Position numbers and translations under genes: made by a program | Notes under the pieces: model-generated | What the model saw: only the letters and a program-made list of their open reading frames with translations | Told to the model about the DNA's origin: nothing | Database searches by the model: none | Shown: piece after piece, positions 1 through 15,100 of the stretch | Numbering within the stretch: position 1 is the stretch's first letter | How the letters are laid out: each line of letters opens with the position of its first letter | Assembly (NCBI GenBank): GCA_964016885.1 | Contig: OZ024757.1 | Span: 20,088,001-20,152,000, forward strand | Direction of reading: 5' to 3' | DNA length: 64,000 bases | From: Eledone cirrhosa | Taxonomy: Eukaryota

Positions 1-624
1 CGCACAAACCTGTTATATATCCTGAACAAGCAATGCCTGTGTTTTGAAGGTTTTTTTAAGTGGGGAAAGGCCATCCCACTCTCTGAGTATCAAAACCACT
101 ACCTGAAAAGGAGAACTGGTCAACATCATTAGATTCTTCCGAAGCCGCAGGTTTTTTTTTCAGAATCTCTCTCTCCTAGAAAGGTGTTGTGACAACAACT
201 GGAGGCCTTTCACTCCCTGGTATTAAAAAAAAAAAGAAAAAAAAAAACGTACTATTTGGGTGGCCGTTGAATCTGCGGAGTCCCTGCGCCTTTTGCCGGG
301 TCTTGTATTTCATCCCGCATGGTGTCCAAATATCACCCTCCTCATCAAGCTTGCTTTATTGGGTCATTCGTCAAGTATGAAATTTGTAGAAATTTGTAGA
401 AAAAAAAACAAATTTCTACAAATTTCATACTTGACCTTGACGACCTAATATAATTGTTTCTACTTTTGGCACAAGGCCAGCAATTATCCCAGTGCATTAC
501 CGGTACTTTATTTTATCGACCCCGTAAGGATGAAAGGCAAAGTTAGCCTCGGCCGTAACTCTTTGCTGCAAAGCATGGCATCCGACCCTCTACCGATACT
601 GCCAATGTATGTATGTATGTATGT

Positions 625-1118
625 ATGGACTAAAAACAAGACCTGTCAAAGGGCAAAGGAGCTCTTAAGAGTCAATGGCCATCCAAAATCACAGGGAGAG
701 ATGACCCCTTAGCCTTTGTCAAGGCAGAATTCTAGGAGAAGGAAAACTCTGATATAACACCTGCAACCCTGATGGTATCCAATGATGTTGACTTGTTCTT
801 CTTTTTGGTAAATATCATCTTGGTTAAGAGAGTGGGACTGGCTTTGTGCAGTGCCTTTGCTCACTATAAAAGCTTCACGGCACAGGCATTGCTTTATATC
901 TGGAGATATCTCTGCACTTGTCATCACATGTACCATGGGCCCAGCACTATATGTCAATAATGGTCACAAGTGGGGTGTTTGTGCCAGAGTTTTCAAGTCG
1001 CTGGCTGGACTAAAAAGTCACACTCGTTCAGCGCATCGGTAGGGGTTCTCCTACATGGATATAAAGTAGTGGCCGTACTCGAAAACGAGTTGGCAGCCAC
1101 CATGTATGTATGTATGTT
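625..1118 (+). mobile_element. Bipartite non-autonomous RTE-derived element
   Basis: RTE 5'UTR-like motif ctaggagaaggaaaactctga joined to a terminal C2H2 finger ([20 protein letters not shown]) and an (ATGT)n tail; near-identical inverted copy at 17302-17822. Confidence 0.65.
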
Positions 1119-1157
1119 TGTAATGAAAAGTAAGTTTGTTATATATTATAATTTCAG

Positions 1158-1252
1158 AGGGATTGAAACGTTTAAGATAGACAAGGACAGAAAATTAATT
1201 TCAATGGCCAGCATACGTGAGGTCATTGCCTTACCGGAAATCATCGGTGAAG
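1158..1252 (+). CDS. CCDC180: CCDC180-like exon ([31 protein letters not shown])
   Basis: atttcag| acceptor, gaag|gttggt donor, phase 2 to 1; the other two frames have stops. Confidence 0.8.
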
Positions 1253-4200
1253 GTTGGTTTTTCTCTTTTACATTTTTAAATCTTAAAAAAAAAAAACATT
1301 CCAAAAAATCATTTCAAATTTTCTTCTGTTTTCTTCATCATCATCATCATCATAATTTAACGTCTATCTTCCACACTAGCATGGGTTAGACGGGAATTGT
1401 CCCACTTGAGGCAAGATTTGTCAGGTGACCGTGTCTCGCTAGTATAGAACTGTCTGGATGCCCTTCCTAACACCAACCACATTTACAGTGTGGACTAGGA
1501 GCTTTTACCACACTGTAAATGTGGTTGGTGTTAGGAAGGGCATCCAATCTAATATAATCTAATCTGGCCGAGTTTACACTCGCAAATAAGAAGAACCAGG
1601 GTCACCCCTAGGAGCATTGGATTTGGTGTACTTCATATTTGTTTCGGTTGTTGAATACAATCAGGGGTCGCTGCTTCTCCTGAAGGTCAATAGTTCTCTT
1701 CTAACTCGAGCAGGAGCGCCTTTCCATCGTCAATTTGCATTGCTCATCTACAAAGCCACATTGTTCTCAGAACCACTACACCAGTATTTCGATGCGTGCA
1801 GCTGGAACTACTGTCACCCATTTGACAGGATCGCAACTCATTTCTACAGCTGAGTAAACTGGAGCAATGTGAAATAAAGTGTCTTGCTCAAGGAAACAAC
1901 ACATCACCCGGTCTGAGAATTGAACTCACAACCTTTCGATTGCTAGGCCAATGCTTTAACCACTAAGCCATGTGCCTCCTTATATATGGATGGATGTATT
2001 TTCTGCAAGGTTTTTGATATGAAATTATGTGTTGAAACAGATATAGTTATATTTGGGGAGGGTCATATTGTCCTAATATTGACAAAAAAAAAAAACAATA
2101 GTAAAACACACTGTTACTAGGAAAAAGAAAAGGAAAAGGTTGTTAGTGCAAATTACACACACACATGTACACCTGGTCCGAACACAGAGGAACCAAACTC
2201 CCACTGGCTTCGCCTCTGTCTCTCTCGTCCTCCACATCTCTCACTATTATGAGCAAATGGGGTCCCACCTGCTGACCACCCCCACAGAGCTGGTGGACAT
2301 AATAGAGAAGGTGTTTCCCCAGAAGATGATGAGGGAGATGCACTGGACAAGCCATTCCAACAAAGCCGCATTGTTCTCAGAACCACTGCACCAGTATTTC
2401 GATGCGTGCAGCTGGAACTACTGTCACCCATTTGACAGGATCGCAACTCATTTCTACAGCTGAGTAAACTGGAGCAATGTGAAATAAAGTGTCTTGCTCA
2501 AGGACACAACACATCACCCGGTCCGAGAATCGAACTCACAACCTTTTGATTGCAAGCCCAATGCTCTAACCACTAAGCCATGAACCCTCACAGTTGGGTA
2601 TAAAAAACACTAAACTGATAACTAGTGGGCATTGGCAGAATAGGTAGAGTGCCGGACAACATTTTATGCAGCACAGAGTTGCGGCCCTTTACGTTCTGGA
2701 TTCAAATCCCGCCGAGATTAACTTTGCTTTTCATCCTTACTGGGTCGACTAATTATATTTTGTCAAATACGATGTAAGCACATGTTACTACCTAATTATT
2801 AATATATTAATATATTAATGGAGGCACATGGCTTAGTGGTTAGAGCATTGGCCTTGCAATCGAGAGGTTGTGAGTTCAATTCTCAGACCGGGGTGATGTG
2901 TTGTTTCCTTGAGCAAGACACTTTATTTCACATTGCTCCAATATACTCAGCTGTAGAAATGAGATGATAGGGACTGGAGTCCCTATCATTCCACTGCAAA
3001 GTGGTCGTGGAGGTGCCACGGCAAAAAAGCACCCAGCACTCACTGTAAATGAGGTTGGTGTTAGGAAGGGCATCCAGCTGTAGAAATCAAGCCAGAATCA
3101 GTTCCCGTCCCACCCTTGCAAGCAGGGAAAAGTGGACGTAAAAAGATGATGATGATTACAGACAGGTGGATTGTCAGTATCAGGAGAGAGTCTGACGCAC
3201 TGCTTTCCAGCATAGAGTTGCGTCCCTTTATGATCCGAGTTCAAAATTCCGCCGAGGTTAACTTTACCTTTCATCCTTACGGGGGGGGGGGGGGTCGATA
3301 AATAAAGTACCAGTAATGCACTGGGTATTTGCTGGCCTTGTGTCAAAAGTAGAAACAATTATTATTATAAATATGGAGACACAAGGCAGGCTTTGTTTAG
3401 AAACAGCTAACGAATTTGAAAATTAGGTAGGAACATGTATAAATATTTGTATTTCTCTCTTGTATCTCTGTTCTAGTGGCTAAACCAACAACTGAAACTG
3501 GAACTGGAAAGGTTCGGAATTTAGAAGAGAGAAGAAGAAAACAGTAAGACATTTCTTTTCATTGTTATCATCATCATCATCATTATCATTTGGCAGTATC
3601 GGTAGAGAGTCAGACACCATGCTTTGAAGCATAGAGTTACGTCCCTTTATGATCTGAGTTCAAATCCCGCCGAGGTTAACTTTGGCTTTCATCCTTACGG
3701 GGGGGTCGATAAAATAAAGTACCAGTAATGTACTGGGGTAATTGCTGGCCTTGTACCTAAAATAGAAACAATTATTATCATTACATTCTGAGTTCAAATC
3801 CCGCCGAGGTTAACTTTGCCTTTCATCCTTACGGGGGTCGATAAAATAAAGTACCAGTAATGTACTGGGTAATTGCTGGCCTTGTGCCTAAAATAGAAAC
3901 AATTATCATTATCATCATCATTATCATCATTTTTATCATCGTCATCATCATCACCATCATTGTCGTCGTCACCATCATTTTGCCGTCATCAACATCATCA
4001 TTGTCACCACCACCCTCATCATCATCATCGTCACCACCACCACCACCACCACCCTCATCATCATCAACATCATCCAATGTTCGTAAGAGATTATAATTGT
4101 TTCTACTTTTGGCACAAGGCCAGCAATTATCCCAGTGTATTACTGGTACTTTATTTTATCGACCCCGTAAGGATGAAAGGAAAAGTTAACCTCGACGGGA

Positions 4201-4392
4201 TTTGAACTCAGAATGGCAAGGGCCGTAACTCTATACGTCAAAGCATGGCGTCCGACCCTCTACCGATACTGCCAATCCACCGCTGCTGTATATCACCAGA
4301 TAAACTCCCTATTTCTGTTTCAGGCATGAAAGAACATTGGAAGATATGTACCTGGAACTTGGGGAAATCAATTCGGTAAGTTTCCTGTAATA

Positions 4393-4441
<49 letters not shown>

Positions 4442-6151
4442 AATATGGGTGAGAAGAATACTGCTGGTTGCACATGGATAACATGTTATAAAATGAGTCC
4501 CTCATCAGTGATTTACCAAACGATCATGGGTATTTCATCGCATTAAAAATCATATACCTCACGTTGGAGCGATAATAACTAAAATAAGTTATTAGGACAA
4601 TAGAAACGCGTAAAGCGAGTGAGACAAGTAAACAACACAGGGGGAAGCTAACCGAAGATGGAAATATATATTATATATATATATAGGTAGAACACTGGAA
4701 GGTAATATCCGTAGTGGTAGAGCACTCAGTCCATGGGACGAGTTTAGTAGAAGTAGTAACACAATATTTAGTTCACCATAGCGAGAACAATTGTTTCAAT
4801 CCGAGCTGAAGATCCACATAAGGTGAAACAATTGTTCTTGGTATGGTGAACTAACTGTTGTGTTACTACTTCTATATATATATCGACAGTCGATCGACTT
4901 TTGTTAAGTCGGGCCGAAGAAACAATGTTTCCATTGGTCTTTCCAATTGCTAATACTACCTATTGGTTGCAAATCCAAGTAGAAGTAGCAACGTGAAATA
5001 AAGTGTCTTGCTCAAGGACATAACTCATCGCCCGGTCCGGGAATTGAACTCACAACTTCAGGATTCGGAATCAAATTCTCTAACCACTCAGCCACACGCT
5101 TTCACCATATATATATGAAGTGGTTGTGTAGGAGACACGGTAAAAAGGCTCCCAGTCCACACTGTAAATGTGGTTGGTTTTAGGAAGAGCATCCAGCTGT
5201 AAGAAAAACCTGCCAGAGGCACTTCCATATGAGCGAGACATGGTCTCCCAACCATTCCCGCTTCAAATTTTAAAAAAAAGCGTCTAACCCATGCTAGCGT
5301 GGAAGATGGACATTAAACGATGATGATGATCATCATCATATATTACCGAATCTACTACCCTAAGTATCGAGTACTCTGGTGCATTATGGTCCACCTGGTA
5401 TCTTAACACACCCTCTTTGTTATATCTATATATACTAGCAGTGGTACCCGGCGTTGCACGGGATCAGGTATTTTGGAACGCGGGCCGCCAACAGACCTAA
5501 TCGTGGAAAAACTGCATGCCTGGACAATATGTAAAGAAAATAAACTGAATACTCTGATGGCTGGATAATCTTTAAGATTTTCCTCGATGAAGCAGGAAAA
5601 ATGCAGGCCCTAGGGGATCAAGAAAATCAATTTTTTTTATATGCATAATATGCCTTGAAATATCAGGAAAATCGGCTAGACGTAACTCCTCAAAAAAGCC
5701 CTAAAAAGCTGAAAAAACACAGTTTTTCACCTAATGCAGACCGTAGGGGATCAATAAGTTGAATTTTATTATGTGCATAACACTCCCTGAAACATAAGTA
5801 ATAAACATGTAAAGTTTTAAAAATGTCGGTTGGGTACTTCTCAAATTTTAGGGATTCAAAATCTCACACACACAGACACCCTCAGAGAAGTGACGTAATG
5901 CAGACAGCCAGACATACAGACAGATATTATAAGGTCGCGACGTTATATGTATCTATCTAAAATGAGAAAGACTAAGAATTATAGAGAGAGATCCCTAAAT
6001 CGCTTAATGCGGTCCCTCGGGCATTGAAAATTTGAAATTTATTTTGCTCAGAACACTCCCTGAAACATAAGAATTACATGTGTAAAGTTTGAAAACAGTC
6101 GGTTGGGTGGTTCTTGAGTTTTAGAGATTCAAACTCGCATAGATATATATG

Positions 6152-6187
<36 letters not shown>

Positions 6188-9100
6188 TATATAGAACAGA
6201 TAAAGTGTGGTAAGAAACCAGGTGGACCATAACGCACCAGAGTACTCGATACTTAGCGTAGCAGAGTGGGTAATAGGAAAAGAGTCAGGACCCCAACAGC
6301 TGAGCTCCGGCCGTTTTGACAGCTAGATCCGAACTAAATATGATTTGGATCTAGCTGTCGAAATGGCTGGAATTCAGCCGTTGTGGTCCTGACTCTTTTC
6401 ATGAATGGACCTGTTATTTTTATCTAAAGACATATTTTCCAATTCCAACCCGCCCGTCCCTTCAATCTTTCTTATTTCTCATTCGTTCTTCTGATGACGG
6501 ACTAGCGTCCGAAACGTTAAGACCCTCTTCGTGCTATTTCAAGCGTTAACCTAATGTATTCCTTCCATATACTGTACCGATTGTGTTGTTATTTCTGTTA
6601 ACCTTTTACACACACACATATATATATACATATCTACAGGGTGAACCAAAAGTCACGATACATAGAAAAGATAATTGTTTTTATAAGAAACAATTTATTC
6701 ATTTAACCCTTTCGCATTCACATTACTCTATATATACTATTATATTTTCATGGTAAAGGCTTTACCTCACATAATCTCTCACATAACATTCACATTACTC
6801 TATATATACTATTATATTTTCATGGTAAAGGCTTTACCTCACATAATATCTCGCATAACATTCACATTACTCTATATATACTATTATATTTTCATGGTAA
6901 AGGCTTTACCTCACATAATATCTCACATAACATTCACATTACTCTATATATACTATTGTATTTTCATGGTAAAGGCTTTACCTCACATAATATCTCACAT
7001 AACATTCACAATACTCTATATATACTATTATATTTTCATGGTAAAGGCTTTACCTCACATAATATCTCACATAACATTCACAATACTCTATATATACTAT
7101 TATACTTTCATGGTAAAGGCTTTACCTCACATAATTATCTCACATAATATCTCACATAACATTTATATTACTCTATATATACTATTATATTTTCATGGTA
7201 AATGCTTTACCTCACATAATTATCTCACATAATATCAAATCTATGAGATTTTGAAAGTATTTATTTTAAGAAATATACCTTAACATCAGTTTGAGCGACC
7301 AGTTACAGCCAGTTTCAACAGAAAGAGGTAGAGAATTCTAGCCGGTTTTAGCCGGTTTGAACACTAAAGGGTTAACATGCTGTATGAGAAAACTTTAAAA
7401 TTGCAACTTTTTGGGTATTGGCTATGTAAGGATTTCTCTTGCTATTGTTTTAACATGGCATTCTGGATGTCAGTTTTCAATTTAAATTTTATGTCTTTCA
7501 CAATTTCTATTGTTGTTGTTGTTATTATTATTATTATTTAATAGAAAATAGAAGTTTGGCTTGAAGAATGTTGCAAAGATTTCTGTGAGAAGGTGAAAGT
7601 GGTTGACGAAGAGTTAGAAAAACAGCTTGAGATAAAGGATCCAAAACAGGTAATATTAATATTTTTCTTAATCTTTTCATTAAAAAAAGCAATGAAAACA
7701 ACCTAGAAAACTTACCGATCCACTCCACGTGGCAATATCGGTGGAGGGTTGGACATGCTTTCCAGCATAGTTACATCCCTTTATGATCTGAGTTCAAATC
7801 CCGCCGAGGTTAACTTTGCCTTTCATCCGTATGGGGAGGGTCGATAAAATAAAGTACCAGTAATGTACTGGGTAATTGCTGGCCTTGTGTCAAAAGTAGA
7901 AACATATTTGGGACCCAAGAGTAGCTACTGAAAATATACAAGACATGCAACCAAACAAATACCCTCCATCAGGCATCTACCATACTCTGAACGCCTTGCT
8001 TCCCTGGGCATGGATACATTAAAGCTCCGACGTCTGGCAACTGACAAAATTTTTAACCATCTTTCCAACAACAACCCTGAGCACCTTTTTGAATTCCATG
8101 TGTCTAACACCCGTGGACATGCCTACAAAATCGGAAAACAGCACAGCTCCCATGACTTTCTGAAACATATTTTCATGCTCAGAGTTGCTGAAGTATGGAA
8201 CAAACTACCTGCATCGCTTGTTAGCTGTTGGGACACTGCATCCTTTAAACCATCCATGGAACAAACTACCTACATCAGTTGTTAGCTGTCGAGACACTGC
8301 ATCCTTTAAAACCTCCATGGAACAAACTACCTGCATCGGTTGTTAGCTGTCGAGACACTGCATCCTTTAAAACCTCCATGGAACAAACTCCCTGCATCAG
8401 CTGTTAGCTGTCGAGATACTGCATCCTTTAAAACCTCCATGGAACAAACTACCTGCATCGGTTGTTAGCTGTCGAGACACTGCATCCTTTAAAACCTCCA
8501 TGGAACAAACTCCCTGCATCAGTTGTTAGCTGTCGAGACACTGCATTCTTTAAAACCTCCATGGAACAAACTACCTGCATCGGTTGTTAGCTGTTGGGAC
8601 ACTGCATCCTTCAAAACTTCCATGCTTCCCAAAAATTCGCCAACACTTCACCTGATATTCCCCCTCCGTACACACACACACACATACACACACGCATGTA
8701 TCTGTGTGTGTATCATGACTCATACACTGTTCACTTTCCTGACATTTGTACATTATTCTATGTACTATACATGCACCTTTGATTAGTTGTAGTGCACCTG
8801 AGCACTGTACACAATGATTTTCATTATATCATGACTCATACACTGTTCACTTTCCTGACATTTGTACATTATTCTATGTACTATACATGCACCTTTGATT
8901 GGTTATAGTGCACCTGAGCACTGTACACAATGATTTTCATTATATCATGACTCATACACTGTTTATTTTCCTGACATTTGTACATTATTCTATGTACTAT
9001 ACATGCACCTTTGATGAGCTGTTGTGCACCTGAGCACTGTACACAATTTTCATTATATCACTGTTCACTTTCCTGACATTTCTACATTATTCTATCTATT

Positions 9101-12100
9101 ATACATTCACATTTAGACGATGATGATGATGATGATGACACACAAGTATCCATGTTTTATTTCAGGGGTTATTGAATCACACATATGGAGAACTAAATAA
9201 GAAGCGGTCGTACATCCAGGCCCATACGGAGACTAAGATGAAGTATATCCAACACCTGGACTACCAGTTTACTAAGATTGAATGCAGTAGGATATCCCAG
9301 GTATTTTGTAACACAAATCTTTGTCTTGTATCTTGTATCTTTACTCTCGACGCCAATATTGACAGTATAGAGTCCTCTTCGGAGTTTAGTCTTTACATTT
9401 TTTATAAACATCACGAGCGCTCTATCTCAAAATTATTTTTGAAAAGCATTAGAATGCGCAACCGGTAAAAACTTAAAACTAAAACTGAATACTAACCAAT
9501 ACTTATTACTAATTTTTACTTATTCCTAATTAAACTATTTTTCACTGGGAACAATTTGTCAGCATTTTCTTTTCCTTTTACTAATATATCACAACTCGTG
9601 TGTTACACCTCTATTCTTTTAAATATATATCATCATTCATCATCATCATTTTACGTCCGCTTTTCCCTGCTTGCAAGGGTGGGACGGGAACTGATTCTGG
9701 CTTGATTTCTACAGCTGGATGCCCTTCCTAACACCAACCTCATTTACAGTGAGTGCTGGGTGCTTTTTGGCTGTGGCACCTCCACGAATGATAGGGATCC
9801 CAGTCCCTATAATCTCATTTCTACAGCTGAGTAAACTGGAGCAACGTGAAATAAAGTGTCTTGCTCAAGGAAACAACACATCACCCGGTCTGAGAATTGA
9901 ACTCACAACCTTTCGATTGCAAAGCCAATGCTCTAACCACTAAGCCATGTGCCTCCAAATATATATATTTATATATATATAATGCAGTAATACAGAAGAA
10001 CCGACTTCACACGGGTACAAGCCAAAGTTGAAGCATATAGACATTATGCCCTCCCACTGCAAAGTGGTCGTGGAGGTATCACGACAAAAAAGCACCCAGC
10101 CCACACTGTTATGTGGCCGTGTAGGTGCCATGGTAAAAAAGCACCCAATACTCACTGTAAATGAGGTTGGGGTTAGGAAGGGCATCCAGCTGTAGAAATC
10201 AAGCCAAAATCAGTTCCCGTATGAGCAAAACATTAACGGCTGAGCAGCCTAATTTGCATATCGAGTGAGTTAGTCGGTATGCAAATTAGGCTGCTCAGCC
10301 GTTAATATGCATAAGGAAAGTACATACTTTCAAATGTTCAATCATCTGACAGGAAGGTAGATGATGCTGGCGATAGCTAATAAGCTTGAAACTAGTTCAT
10401 CGTTCCTGTGTCAGTGTTGAACAAAAGGGCGACGATGGTTGCCGAACACTGTACGGCTTAATTCGGGCTGTTTGTTTACAAACAAACTGAACATTATAAT
10501 AAATGTTCGGTAAACCCATACGTACATATATATATGTGTGCATGTATGTATATATATATACATACTACTGTATGTCTGTATACATATATGTATGTACGTA
10601 TACATACTTACATTTACATAATTATATATATACATATATGGAGGTACATGGCTTAGTGGTTAGAACATTGGCCTTGCAATCAAAAGGTTGTGAGTTCAAT
10701 TCTCAGACCGGGTGATGTGTTGTTTCCTTGAGCAAGATACTTTATTTCACATTGCTCCAGTTTACTCAGCTGTAGAAATGAGATGATAGGGACTGGGGGT
10801 CCCTATCATTCCACTGCAAAGTGGTCGTGGAGGTGCCACGGCAAAAAAGCACCCAGCACTCACTGTAAATGAGGTTGGTGTTAGGAAGGGCATCCAGCTG
10901 TAGAAATCAAGCCAGAATCAGTTCCCGTCCCACCCTTGCAAGCAGGGAAAAGCGGACGTAAAATGAAATGATGATGAGGATGAGGATGATAATATGGGTA
11001 ATATTAAATATTATCCAATTACAAGTATTAACAATTAACTCAATGTAAAATAATCAGTATATTACAGAGCTGAAATATTTTATAAACAACAATTAAAGAG
11101 TGTTTGAGAACATTTAATCACAATGGGATCGAACTTTGTGGAGAAAAATATCTCATGTTTGTAACTGGTGGAGGTTAGCATCAAGATGATGCTCATTAAA
11201 ACACCTGAGCAACCTCCTATGAAATACAACCGTGTAGGAGGCCAGTTAACCCTACAAAGATGTGAGACCCTGTATCATTAAAACACCTGAGCAACCTCCT
11301 ATGAAATACAACCTTGTAGGACGCCAGTTAACCCTACAAAGATGTGAGACCCTGTATCATTAAAACACCTGAGCAACCTCCTATGAAATACAACCGTGTA
11401 GGAGGCCAGTTAACCCTACAAAGATGTGAGACCCTGTATCATTAAAACACCTGAGCAACCTCCTATGAAATACAACCTTGTAGAACGCCAGTTAAGCCTA
11501 CAAAGATGTGAGACCCTGTATCATTAAAACACCTGAGCAACCTCCTATGAAATACAACCTTGTAGGACGCCAGTTAACCCTACAAAGATGTGAGACCCTG
11601 TATCATTAAAACACCTGAGCAACCTCCTATGAAATACAACCTTGTAGGACGCCAGTTAAGCCTACAAAGATGTGAGACCCTGTATCATTAAAACACCTGA
11701 GCAACCTCCTATGAAATACAACCTTGTAGGATGCCAGTTAACCCTACAAAGATGTGAGACCCTGTATCATTAAAACACCTGAGCAACCTCCTATGAAATA
11801 CAACCTTGTAGGACGCCAGTTCACCCTAGAAAGATGTGAGACCCTGTATCATTAAAACACCTGAGCAACCTCCTATGAAATACAACCTTGTAGGACGCCA
11901 GTTAACCCTACAAAGATGTGAGACCCTGTATCATTAAAACACCTGAGCAACCTCCTATGAAATACAACCGTGTAGGAGGCCAGTTAACCCTACAAAGATG
12001 TGAGACCCCATATCATTAAAACACCTGAGCAACCTCCTATGAAATACAACCTTGTAGGAGGCCAGTTAACCCTACAAAGATGTGAGACCCTGTATCATTA

Positions 12101-15100
12101 AAACACCTGAGCAACCTCCTATGAAATACAACCTTGTAGGACGCCAGTTAACCCTACAAAGATGTGAGACCCTGTATCATTAAAACACCTGAGCAACCTC
12201 CTATGAAATACAACCTTGTAGGACGCCAGTTAAGCCTACAAAGATATGAGACCCTGTATCATTAAAACACCTGAGCAACCTCCTATGAAATACAACCTTG
12301 TAGGATGCCAGTTAACCCTACAAAGATGTGAGACCCTGTATCATTAAAACACCTGAGCAACCTCCTATGAAATACAACCTTGTAGGACGCCAGTTCACCC
12401 TAGAAAGATGTGAGACCCTGTATCATTAAAACACCTGAGCAACCTCCTATGAAATACAACCTTGTAGGACGCCAGTTAACCCTACAAAGATGTGAGACCC
12501 TGTATCATTAAAACACCTGAGCAACCTCCTATGAAATACAACCGTGTAGGAGGCCAGTTAACCCTACAAAGATGTGAGACCCCATATCATTAAAACACCT
12601 GAGCAACCTCCTATGAAATACAACCTTGTAGGAGGCCAGTTAACCCTACAAAGATGTGAGACTCTGTATCATTAAAACACCTGAGCAACCTCCTATGAAA
12701 TACAACCTTGTAGGACGCCAGTTAACCCTACAAAGATGTGAGACCCTGTATCATTAAAACACCTGAGCAACCTCCTATGAAATACAACCTTGTAGGACGC
12801 CAGTTAACCCTACAAAGATGTGAGACCCTGTATCATTAAAACACCTGAGCAACCTCCTATGAAATACAACTTTGTAGGAGGCCAGTTAACCCTACAAAGA
12901 TGTGAGACCCTGTATCATTAAAACACCTGAGCAACCTCCTATGAAATACAACCTTGTAGGAGGCCTACATAACTAAGTCTACATAGGTGTGAGATACGCT
13001 ATCATTAAAACACACGAGACACCATGTATGAGATATTTCATAGTGACTCCTTTGAGATTTTCTTCTCGTTTTCCAGATACGAAGAGTTTTAGCGACTAAC
13101 ACAACAATACTTGAGAAAATAGCTTACTTTTTGGATTCTGATGTGCATCGTTTGATAGAGAGTGAAGTACAGGTATGGGGTTTCTTATTGTTATTTGATT
13201 AATTTATCAAGCTTGTACTTTTCAAAAATGTCTTGCTAATGTGGTTCCATGAGGTCTGTTAATTCAAATGTTTATAGTGTCTTTACTAGTGGACATATCA
13301 TTGCGAAAATTTGTAGCATTAAAGTAAAGACTTCAATAGTTATGGTGATACAGTCACAATACTGTTTTGTCCTTCAAAAGCAATATCAATTTGGTGCACT
13401 ACGTGAAGGCGCATGGCTTAGTGGTTAGAGCATTGGGCTTGCAATCGAAAGTTGTGAGTTCAATTCTCGGACCGGGTGATGTGTTGTTTCCTTGAGCAAG
13501 ACACTTTATTTCACGTTGCTCCAGTTTACTCAGCTGTAGAAATGAGATGATAGGGACTGGGGTCCATATCATTAAATCACCCAAGACACCTCCAACGAGA
13601 TATACCTTGGAGGAGGCCAGCTAAACCTGCATAGGTGTGAGCTGTAACAACAACAACAACAACAATGTAAATGCTAAAGGGTTAAATTGAAAACCTTTAA
13701 AATGGGTGGCTTTATTTCATGGAACCAGAGCTGGTTTTGGCCAGGTTAGTAAGATATTAACTTTAAGTAAGGTTCTCATATACAATTATTTAGGAAGATT
13801 TTAATTTAAATTGGAAACCTTTAAAGTGGGAGGCTTTATTTTATAGAACAGAGCTGGTTTTGAATGGGTTGCTGAAGAGTTTCACACCATTTCCGGCTTT
13901 CATTGTCTTTCAGATCATCAATCAAACATTATTGAACAACAAACAGAACTATACTGACATTTATACACAGTTACTTTTGATGAATATTGATCAAGACCGA
14001 AGACAACACTTACGCTGGAAAACAAACATTACTGCTTGGAAAAATAAAAACATTCAAGAAGTAATAGACAGATTTAGGTGGGTGGTTATTTTTGTTATTT
14101 GTTTTCTTCTTGATAATGTTTATACTCTTGGCAAAAGGCCAGCAATTACCCCAGTACATTACTGGTACTTTATTTTATCAATGTATAATACACATGTGGG
14201 AATATCAGGTGTAGAGTTGGTGAATTTCAGGAAGTTTTGAAGGATGCAGTGTCCCGACAGGTAATAACTGATGCAGGTAGTTTATTCCATGCTTCAGCAA
14301 CTGAGCATGAAAAACTGTTTCCCAATGTCACAGGAGTTGTGCTGTTTTTTTTTACTTTGTAGGCATGTCCATAAGGGTTAGACACAAGGAATTCAAAAAG
14401 GTGCTCAGGGTTCTTCTTTGTCTTCTTCTTCACCCTGACATGGTCATGAGGGACAGAGTCCTCAAACAGTCCTTCCAACAGGTCCTGCCAAAAACAACCG
14501 TCTCCAACTGATCTGGCTGGATCCCCAAGCAAAACCAGCCAACTTCATGGATGTTATCCAACCATCATGCTCAGAGTCTACTCCTGGGTCTCCTGCCAGT
14601 TGGTTTTTGCCCATAAAATCTCTCCAGTGATTCTTTCTTGAGACATTCTAACCAAATGCCTGCAATATCCTTCCAACCCTTTGCTTGGCAAGCTTTCTAT
14701 GGCTGAATGCCCTTCCTAACACTAACCACTTTACAGTGTGGATTGGGTACTTTTTAATCACACAGCTCCCATGACTTTCGTAGACATTTTTTCACGCTCA
14801 GAGTTGCTGAAGCATGGAACAAACTGCCTGCGTCAATTGTTAGCTGCCGAGACACTGCATCCTTTAAGACACTCATGCTTCCCGAAATATGCCAAAACTA
14901 CACCTGATGTACCCCTTCCATGCACATGCACACGTGTGTATCATGACTCGTGCACTGTTCATTTTACTGATGTTTGTGCATTGCCCTATGTACTGTACAT
15001 GCACTTTTTTGATGAGTTGTGGTGCACCTGGGCACTGTGCACAATATTTCATTATTGTTATTGTTATTATATCATGACTCGTACACTGTTCATTTTCCTG

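Noticed and set aside
2820-2895. tRNA-like sequence with A and B boxes
   Set aside because: SINE head repeated many times in the window and fused to a CORE-like body; no proper acceptor stem.
4324-4375. Alternative reading [18 protein letters not shown] for this exon
   Set aside because: Its phase is incompatible with the next exon at 7545; the HERTLED frame fits once exon 3477-3543 is included.
4437-4665. (TA)n-flanked insert with CTGATGAG on the - strand and GAAAcgcgTA on the + strand
   Set aside because: The two halves are on opposite strands and neither forms a complete hammerhead; probably decayed PLE ends, not counted.
10232-10306. Palindrome with arms of about 30 bp (also 368-436)
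   Set aside because: No ribozyme core, TSD or second copy in the window; probably transposon remnants that cannot be classified.
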